Assembly: GCA_963610045.1 (NCBI GenBank)
Contig: CAVDMS010000001.1
Coordinates: 1-59,713, forward strand
DNA length: 59,713 nucleotides
Reading direction: 5' to 3'
DNA from: Bacteroidaceae bacterium
GTDB taxonomy: Bacteria; Bacillota; Clostridia; Oscillospirales; Oscillospiraceae
A model generated the notes under the pieces. It was not told the origin of the DNA. It made no database searches and worked only from the letters and a program-made list of their open reading frames with translations. Below, one piece after another: positions 53,056 through 59,713 of this stretch. The stretch's first letter is position 1. The number at the start of each line of letters is the position of its first letter. The translations under genes were made by a program, and so were the position numbers.

Positions 53056-54494
53056 TTCCGCTTCCTCCCTCCGTTTTCGCCGCCGAGGAAGTCCTCGTAA
53101 TATTTCTTGTGCGCCTCCTTTTCACGGCGCTCGTTTTCGACCCTGCGGCGCTGTGCATTTCTGCGGCGGCGCTTTTCCTCCTCAATCCTTCTGCGTCTGC
53201 GACGGATGAGCGTCAGCACCGTCGCCGCAAGTATCAGCAGGACGATGACTATCGCGAGCAGGCTCATCCAGCTTTGCGAGAAGAAGCCGACGACCTCGCT
53301 CTTGAGCGACGCCCACACGGAAGCGTCAACGTCGTTTGCCGCAACGAGCGGCACACTGCCGTAGGTCTCGCCGTCGGGGCCGAGCACCGTGAGCGTACCG
53401 TACTCCTCGCCCGTCTTGACGGGCGCCTCCGCAGTCTCGGAATTAAGCTTCACGACCTTTTGAAGCTCGCTTACGTCCAAGCCCTCCGGCAGGAAATAGC
53501 GGAAGCTCTTTCCCGCAACGAGCTGCGCCTCCGCTCCCTCGGCGCTTTTTGTGACCCCGATCGTTCCGAAGCTCTCGCCCTTTTCGACGACCTTGCGCAC
53601 GGAGAAGTTGTTAAACGCCCAGTCGAGCAGATTCATCGTGTCGATGAAGTTCTGCGATTTGCCGCAGCCGAGGACGATGACGAGTACCCTGACGCCGTTT
53701 TTCTCGGCAGCGCCCGCAAGACAGTAGCCCGCCTGCGTGGTGTGACCCGTCTTTAAGCCGAAGGCTCCCGAATAAACAAAGCCGGAGCCGTAATAGGAAT
53801 TGGGATTTATAAGTCCGTTGGTGTTTTGAAGTTGCCTTGCGTCGTGCGTTTCCGTGGCGGGGACGGTGTACTCCCTTGTGCCGCAGATCTCAAGTATCAG
53901 CTCGTGGCCGAGCGCCTCCCTTGCAATGATCGCAAGGTCCGATGCGCTGCTGTAATGTCCGGGACGGGACAAGCCGTTTGTGTTTGCAAACCTTGTGTCG
54001 GTGCAGCCAAGCTCCTGCGCCCTCTTGTTCATCAGCGCAACGAAGCCGTCAATGGAGCCGGAAACGTGGACCGCCATGACGTTGCACGCCTCGTTTGAGG
54101 ACGCGAGCATGGCGCAGTACATGAGGTCACGCAGACTGAGCGATTCGCCGGGGGAGAGGTTCAGCGGGCCCCGGACCTCTTCGGGGATGCCGTTCATATA
54201 GTCGTTGCCGACCGGCACCTTGTCGTCGAGCGAGACCTCGCCCCGCTCCACCGCCTCGGTGACAAGCAGCACAGTCATTATCTTTGTGAGGCTTGCGGGG
54301 TCGGCCGCAAGCTTTTCGTTCTTGCCGTAAAGCACTCTGCCGCCGTCAAGCTCCATAACGATGGCGCAGGAGGCGTTCGTATTCGGCGCAGGAAGAACGT
54401 ATTCGCCGTAGTCGAGAGCCGCCGCTGCGGGATAAAACGCTGCGGCAAGCAGGCAAAGCAGCAGAAGCACGGCTGTAATGCGCAGTTTTTTCAT
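53052..54494 (-). CDS. D-alanyl-D-alanine carboxypeptidase (PBP5/DacB-like) with C-terminal TM anchor and basic tail
   Basis: SLTK (SxxK), SSN (SxN) and KTGHT (KTG) motifs. 480 aa. Confidence 0.9.
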   Translation of the reverse strand: MKKLRITAVLLLLCLLAAAFYPAAAALDYGEYVLPAPNTNASCAIVMELDGGRVLYGKNEKLAADPASLTKIMTVLLVTEAVERGEVSLDDKVPVGNDYMNGIPEEVRGPLNLSPGESLSLRDLMYCAMLASSNEACNVMAVHVSGSIDGFVALMNKRAQELGCTDTRFANTNGLSRPGHYSSASDLAIIAREALGHELILEICGTREYTVPATETHDARQLQNTNGLINPNSYYGSGFVYSGAFGLKTGHTTQAGYCLAGAAEKNGVRVLVIVLGCGKSQNFIDTMNLLDWAFNNFSVRKVVEKGESFGTIGVTKSAEGAEAQLVAGKSFRYFLPEGLDVSELQKVVKLNSETAEAPVKTGEEYGTLTVLGPDGETYGSVPLVAANDVDASVWASLKSEVVGFFSQSWMSLLAIVIVLLILAATVLTLIRRRRRRIEEEKRRRRNAQRRRVENERREKEAHKKYYEDFLGGENGGRKRK

Positions 54495-54598
54495 CTTTTT
54501 CTCCCATTTCGGATTGTGTTAATCGAAATTTAATAGTATAATACATTATTATATATGAAACATTTCAAATTTCAATAGGAAACAGAAGGCGGAAAGCT

Positions 54599-55669
54599 AT
54601 GAACAACACGAAAAAAATCCAAGAAAAGCTCATCTCGGCGGGGCTTGACGCTCTGCTGATAAGCGACGAAAAGAATCAGCGCTATGCCTGCGGCTTCCCG
54701 TTCACCGACGGCGCCGTGCTGGTGACGACCGGAAAGACCTATCTCTTCACCGACTCCCGCTACATTGAGGCAGCCCAAAAGGCGCTCTCCTCGGAGATCG
54801 AGCTGCGTCAGTTCGGCGGCGGCAAGCGTCTGCACGAGTATATCCGTGAGGCTCTGGAGGAGTCCCATGTGAAGCGTCTCGGCGCCGAGGAGGAGAAGCT
54901 CTCCTTTGCCGATTACCGCCGCTACGAGGAGCTTTTGGGCCTTGAGCTCACCCCCGCTCAGAGCATACTTTCGGAGCTGCGTGCCGCAAAGAGCCGTGAG
55001 GAATTCGGCTTCATGCAGGAGGCGCAGAACATTGCGGAGCTTGCACTGGCGGACGTTCTCAAGATCATTAAGCCCGGCGTGAGCGAAAGAGACATCGCCG
55101 CCGAGATCACCTACAGGCTCTTAAAGCACGGAGCCGAGGGCAACTCCTTTGACCCGATCGCCGTCACCGGCAAGAACAGCTCCATGCCCCACGGCGTCCC
55201 CGGCGACACGCTCGTGCGTGAGGGCGACTTCGTGACCATGGACTTCGGCTGCTTAAAGCACGGCTACTGCTCCGACATGACGAGGACGGTCGCCGTCGGC
55301 TATGCCACCGACGAGATGAAGAAGGTCTACGACACCGTTCTGCGTGCGCAGCTCACCGGCATCGCAAAGGCGAAGGCGGGCGTGCGGGGCTGCGATATCG
55401 ACGCCGCCGCACGGCAGGTCATCGAGGATGCGGGCTACGGTCAGTATTTCGGCCACTCCTTCGGTCACAGTCTCGGTCTTGACATCCACGAAGCGCCGAA
55501 CGCCTCCCCCTCGTGCGAGACCGTGATGCCCGTCGGCGCAGTCATCAGCGCAGAGCCGGGCATATACATCCCCGGCAGCTTCGGCGTGAGGATCGAGGAT
55601 GCGCTCTACCTCACCGAGGACGGCTGCATCAACCTGACCCATGCCGACAAGTCGCTCATAATTCTGTAA
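54599..55669 (+). CDS. M24 family Xaa-Pro aminopeptidase/dipeptidase
   Basis: Creatinase-like N-terminal domain plus pita-bread metal ligands (DFG...D, HSFGHSLG, E...E). 356 aa. Confidence 0.9.
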   Translation: MNNTKKIQEKLISAGLDALLISDEKNQRYACGFPFTDGAVLVTTGKTYLFTDSRYIEAAQKALSSEIELRQFGGGKRLHEYIREALEESHVKRLGAEEEKLSFADYRRYEELLGLELTPAQSILSELRAAKSREEFGFMQEAQNIAELALADVLKIIKPGVSERDIAAEITYRLLKHGAEGNSFDPIAVTGKNSSMPHGVPGDTLVREGDFVTMDFGCLKHGYCSDMTRTVAVGYATDEMKKVYDTVLRAQLTGIAKAKAGVRGCDIDAAARQVIEDAGYGQYFGHSFGHSLGLDIHEAPNASPSCETVMPVGAVISAEPGIYIPGSFGVRIEDALYLTEDGCINLTHADKSLIIL

Positions 55670-55681
55670 GGAGGCGCTTTC

Positions 55682-55969
55682 ATGGCAAATAAAAAGACGA
55701 ACAAGCCCGCAAAAAAGGGCGAAAAGGAAGTCAATCTCAGCATGACCCCGCTGCTCATATTCGGCTTTGTCCTGTTGGTTTTGAACATCGTTCTCGCAAA
55801 CTTTATAGACGGCTTTTCCGACGGCTTTATCTCCAAGATAATCTACCTCGTTGCGATTCTTGCAATGGTCGTTTATATGTTCCAGATCGCATTTGAGAAG
55901 CGCACCGGCAAAAAAGAGCTGAGTGAGGACGAAAAACCCGGCGGCAAAAAAGCCAAAAAAGGAAAATAG
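55682..55969 (+). CDS. small two-TM membrane protein with lysine-rich termini
   Basis: 95 aa. Two hydrophobic helices flanked by K-rich tails. Confidence 0.6.
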   Translation: MANKKTNKPAKKGEKEVNLSMTPLLIFGFVLLVLNIVLANFIDGFSDGFISKIIYLVAILAMVVYMFQIAFEKRTGKKELSEDEKPGGKKAKKGK

Positions 55970-56047
55970 TATTGCAATATCCCGGCTTATAATGTAGAAT
56001 ATTTAAGCTAATTTTATTTTAAATTCACTTTAGGAGGATTTACCTAT

Positions 56048-56605
56048 ATGATAACAGCAGGCGATTTCAGAAACGGCGTTACCTTTGAGATGGACGGACA
56101 GGTCATGCAGGTCGTCGAATTCCAGCACGTCAAGCCCGGCAAGGGCGCAGCCTTCGTCCGCACCAAGATGAAGAACGTCATCACCGGCGCCGTGACCGAG
56201 ACTTCCTTCAACCCCACTGCAAAGTTCGAGAACGCTACCGTTGACCGTATGTCCATGGAATACAGCTATGCCGACGGCAACCTGTACTACTTCATGAACC
56301 CCGAAACCTATGAGCTTGAGCCTGTTGACGAGTCCGTTCTGGGCGACAGCTTTAAGTTCGTTAAGGAGAACATGGTCTGCACCATCTACTCCTACAAGGG
56401 CAAGGTCTTTAACGTCGAGCCTCCCTTCTTCGTGGAGCTTGAGGTCACCGATACCGACCCCGGCTTTGCAGGCAACACCGCTACCAATGCGACCAAGCCC
56501 GCAACTCTGGAAACCGGCGCCGAGGTCAAGGTTCCCCTGTTCATCGAGCCGGGCGAAAGGATCAAGATCGACACCCGCACCGGCGAATATCTCAGCCGCG
56601 CATAA
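56048..56605 (+). CDS. efp: translation elongation factor P
   Basis: [10 protein letters not shown]...[13 protein letters not shown]. 185 aa. SD is AGGAGG. Confidence 0.95.
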   Translation: MITAGDFRNGVTFEMDGQVMQVVEFQHVKPGKGAAFVRTKMKNVITGAVTETSFNPTAKFENATVDRMSMEYSYADGNLYYFMNPETYELEPVDESVLGDSFKFVKENMVCTIYSYKGKVFNVEPPFFVELEVTDTDPGFAGNTATNATKPATLETGAEVKVPLFIEPGERIKIDTRTGEYLSRA

Positions 56606-56646
56606 GTCAATAACAACTCGGTTTTGAGCGAAAAGGAGGTTACACC

Positions 56647-57099
56647 ATGACACCGTCCGAAAAAGTAGCATATCTCAAGGGTCTTGCCGAGGGCTTAGAC
56701 ATAAGCGCCGACGACAAGAACGGAAAGCTCCTGCTTGCCGTTATAGATGCGTTGGATTCCTTCGCTGCTTCGATCGAGGCGCTTGAAGTCGATTCCGCAG
56801 ACATGGCGGACGAGCTTGACAGTCTCGGCGACGACGTGTCCTTCATCGAGGAGCTTATCCTCGACGATGAGGACGACGATGACGAGGATTACGACGATGA
56901 CGACGACGAGTCCTTCTGCTGCGGCTCCTGCTGCGGCTGCGGCGACGAAGCGGATTACGAGGTCACCTGCCCGCAGTGCGGTGAGGTCGTCCCCGTGTAT
57001 GAGGACGATCTGAGCTTCGGCAACATCATTTGCCCCGGCTGCGGTGAGACCCTCGAATTTGACTTCGACGAGACCGACGAACCCGACGGCGAGGAGTAA
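56647..57099 (+). CDS. acidic zinc-ribbon protein (CD1247-N-terminal-like)
   Basis: D/E run DDEDDDDEDYDDDDDE, a CCGSCCGCG cluster, then CPQCG...CPGCG zinc ribbon. 150 aa. Confidence 0.75.
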   Translation: MTPSEKVAYLKGLAEGLDISADDKNGKLLLAVIDALDSFAASIEALEVDSADMADELDSLGDDVSFIEELILDDEDDDDEDYDDDDDESFCCGSCCGCGDEADYEVTCPQCGEVVPVYEDDLSFGNIICPGCGETLEFDFDETDEPDGEE

Positions 57100-57111
57100 T
57101 TTTGCGATAGT

Positions 57112-57142
57112 AAAAATGCAGAGCCAAAGGCTCTGCATTTTT
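57112..57142. terminator. bidirectional terminator
   Basis: AAAAA-TGCAGAGCC-AAA-GGCTCTGCA-TTTTT between convergent genes. Confidence 0.8.
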
Positions 57143-57154
57143 CGCTTCTCCGTG

Positions 57155-58090
57155 TTATCCCCAAAGCGTCGGGGGGTAGGTCCCGTTTTCGTGGAGCGCA
57201 GACAGTGCGGTGACGACGCCCGGCGTGTCCTCCTTGTAGGTCAGACCGAACCAGCGGTCGCCGGAGCTTAAAACCTTGACATTCAGCCTGTCCTCGGCTA
57301 TCATATCGCCGACCATGGTCGGCAGCAGGCACTCGCTCTTGTTGTCGCCCTCGGGGAGCTTCTCAAGGAAGCTTTCAAAATACCGCTCCATAACGTCGAG
57401 CATTTTCGGGGAAAAGCCCCACAGATTCATGGAAACGAGGCTGTCCGGCGAAAGCACGGGTCCGTCCTCGGACTCCGAGGTGTCCCGTATAGTGCCGTCG
57501 GAAAACAGCTTTATCTTGTAGGTCTCGGTGACGGAGCTTAGATACCCGTCCCGACTGCCGCACACGCCCCTCGTGACGGTGCCAAATTCGCTGACCGTGT
57601 TCTTGAGCCTGTATGCGACCATCGCCGCATCCTCGGCGTCTTTAAGCTCGTCAAGCTGCGGCGCTATGACCTCAAATGCGCTCCTGCCGTAGTAATCGTC
57701 GGCATTTATGACCGCAAAGGGTGTTTTTATAAGCTCCTTTGCGCACAGCACGGCGTGTACCGTACCCAAAGGCTTTGACCTTTCGGCAAACTCCGGTCTG
57801 CTCTCGGTGAAGCGGTCGGGCGTCTGAAAGGCGTAATCTATCCTTATCCCCGTCTTTTTCTCGATGCGGTCGCCGAAGCGCTCCTTCACATCATTGAGCA
57901 TATCGGGCTTTATTATCGCAACGACCCTGTTAAAGCCGGCGCTCAGTGCGTCAAAAACGGCATACTCCATGAGTATCTCGCCGTCGGGTCCCACGCCCGT
58001 CATCTGCTTTACGCCGCCGTAGCGGGAGCCGAGTCCCGCCGCCATTATCACGAGTGTTCTGTCCATATCTGTCTCCGTTTCGTTTGTCAT
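57155..58090 (-). CDS. nucleotidyltransferase (sugar-1-phosphate NTase fold)
   Basis: IMAAGLGSRYGG (GxGxR) motif. ATGA overlap with the upstream lipase-like gene. An alternative ATG lies at 58066. Confidence 0.8.
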   Translation of the reverse strand: MTNETETDMDRTLVIMAAGLGSRYGGVKQMTGVGPDGEILMEYAVFDALSAGFNRVVAIIKPDMLNDVKERFGDRIEKKTGIRIDYAFQTPDRFTESRPEFAERSKPLGTVHAVLCAKELIKTPFAVINADDYYGRSAFEVIAPQLDELKDAEDAAMVAYRLKNTVSEFGTVTRGVCGSRDGYLSSVTETYKIKLFSDGTIRDTSESEDGPVLSPDSLVSMNLWGFSPKMLDVMERYFESFLEKLPEGDNKSECLLPTMVGDMIAEDRLNVKVLSSGDRWFGLTYKEDTPGVVTALSALHENGTYPPTLWG

Positions 58091-59574
58091 TTTATCGTAA
58101 GCCGACGGTAGCCGTCCGTGCGGTAAAGGGTCTTTTCGTCGCCGGAGAGCAGCCACGCAAGATAGACCTCCGGCCAGTGCTGCATCAGCACGGGCGAATG
58201 CTCCGACACATGGTAGGCATCGACCGCAAGGCGGATGAGCAGCTCATAGTAATTGTCCTGCCCGCTCTTGGTCACCTTGTCCGCCGTGAGCCTTGCGGCG
58301 TAGTGCGCAAGCACGCCCAAGCCGAGGCTGAGCATCTCAAGTGCTGGAGCCTTGTCGCCGGAAAGGTGCTTTTTGAGCATCGAGGTGATCTTGAGGTTCA
58401 GCCCGCCTATGCGCTGCGCCTTCTGCATTGCGCCCATGGAGTCCCACTGTTCGAGCATACCGCACAGCTCCTCGGCAAATTCCTCGTCTCCGTCAACGAG
58501 GAAGCGGATGAATCTCCGCATATCGACGGCGCTGCCGTAGATCTTCCCGCTCATGTAGTCCATTATGAAGCTCTGGTAGCCGTCCTGCGCATATTTGTCG
58601 GGACTCGGAAACAGCTTATCGGAATAGGCTATGAGCATATCGAGGACCTTTTCCTGCTCCTTGTACGGCTCATATGTGTTGTCGGGCGTGTCTATCGCCT
58701 GCATTATCTCGGCAAAGCGCTCACGCATGGCGTCGAGCCTCTCCGTGTAGCACTCCGTACCTCTGCGGCTTTCGCAGGGCAGACGCAGATCGGTGCCGAA
58801 GCGGCGGAAGCCCCACGAGCGCAGCGGCACTCTCGGCACGACGTCCATCTCGGACAGCACGTTAAAAATGTTGTCGTAATAGACCCAGTTTTTGTCCTCG
58901 ACCGTGTTCGGGGCGGCAAAGGTGTAGACGAAAATGTTGTCCTTCTTTATGCCCGGACAGGAATTGAGGAGATGACCGAGGTTATTCGATATTGCGCCGC
59001 CTCTCGAAAATCCGGCGACCCAGATCTTGAGCTTGCTCTTATCAAGCTTCTGCTCGGAAATATACTTTCTGAGAGCGGAATACACCTTGTCGGCGGCGGA
59101 CTTGAAGCCTGCGGCGTAGCCCGGATATTTATCGCTGAACACATGGGCGTTGCTGACCCACTCGCCGCCGTAGCGGTGGCTGCGGATAACGACGGTCAGG
59201 AGCTTCTGATCCGTACCCGCAAGCTTCTTCACCGCAAAGGCGTAGGCACAGCTGTCGTTTATGGGCTTTGTTTTGTCAAACTTGCGGCTTTCTATGCTGC
59301 TCTCGCTAAAGCCCATCCCGATGAGCGCCTTGCGAACGTGTTCGTCACCCTCGCTGCCGACCGCAAAGGTGGTCATGGTGAGACCGAGGCTCAGTATGCA
59401 GAGCTTGTGGTTATAGCCGCAGGCGGAATTTAAAAACATCTCGTCGGAATAGTAAAACGGCAGTGCGGCGACGGTCGCATTGTCACCCTCCGACGAACGC
59501 AGAAGATCAAATTCAACGTTCAAAGCGGATTTCTTTGCCGTTTTGCTGCCGATATCGTATAAAAAGTTCTTCAT
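58087..59574 (-). CDS. class-3-lipase-like alpha/beta hydrolase with helical C-terminal domain
   Basis: IWVAGFSRGGA (GxSxG) and a downstream DVVPRVP Asp motif. 495 aa. Confidence 0.7.
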   Translation of the reverse strand: MKNFLYDIGSKTAKKSALNVEFDLLRSSEGDNATVAALPFYYSDEMFLNSACGYNHKLCILSLGLTMTTFAVGSEGDEHVRKALIGMGFSESSIESRKFDKTKPINDSCAYAFAVKKLAGTDQKLLTVVIRSHRYGGEWVSNAHVFSDKYPGYAAGFKSAADKVYSALRKYISEQKLDKSKLKIWVAGFSRGGAISNNLGHLLNSCPGIKKDNIFVYTFAAPNTVEDKNWVYYDNIFNVLSEMDVVPRVPLRSWGFRRFGTDLRLPCESRRGTECYTERLDAMRERFAEIMQAIDTPDNTYEPYKEQEKVLDMLIAYSDKLFPSPDKYAQDGYQSFIMDYMSGKIYGSAVDMRRFIRFLVDGDEEFAEELCGMLEQWDSMGAMQKAQRIGGLNLKITSMLKKHLSGDKAPALEMLSLGLGVLAHYAARLTADKVTKSGQDNYYELLIRLAVDAYHVSEHSPVLMQHWPEVYLAWLLSGDEKTLYRTDGYRRLTIK

Positions 59575-59713
59575 ATGAACGCCTCTTTCCGCATGGCTTC
59601 TCGCATGGCTTTTAATTAAGCATAAGCGGAGTATCCAAACTCCGCCTCTGCCATGATCTTTTGCCCTTTCTCTTCGTTGTCGTTCCTTGAAATACGTCAG
59701 TATTCCTTCGTCC

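Overview
GC-rich Clostridia-type chromosomal segment (strong AGGAGG ribosome-binding sites, SLH-anchored exoproteins, codons ending in C/G; possibly Oscillospiraceae/Ruminococcaceae, not provable by eye). About 60 genes. Housekeeping blocks (ruvX, tcdA, recJ-relA-dtd, htpG-hemW-vanW-metG-glnN, efp, tRNA-Pro, tRNA-Leu) alternate with accessory modules. These are: (1) a LysR-headed redox cluster with four flavodoxin-fold proteins, one an exported lipoprotein; (2) a three-gene cassette beside tRNA-Pro encoding a macro/HTH protein, a minimal vWA protein and a protein made of five 22-aa GIFESD repeats, which I cannot match to any named system and rank as the best novelty candidate; (3) a two-component system plus VTC-like polyphosphate polymerase, DUF4956 and a Cthe_2159-like lipoprotein; (4) two SLH-anchored exoproteins (endonuclease I, CAP domain) bracketing a strongly codon-optimised 2-enoate-reductase-like flavoenzyme; (5) a 1-kb non-coding hairpin region containing a 227-bp MITE-like element that recurs inverted at the window start; (6) an IclR-headed operon of about 10 genes (2-oxoacid:ferredoxin oxidoreductase, two transporters, 2-hydroxyacid dehydrogenase, CoA-transferase, SDR) with a symmetric operator array. 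No CRISPR array, rRNA, integrase or transposase gene was seen. All family calls come from motif recognition by eye, not from searches.
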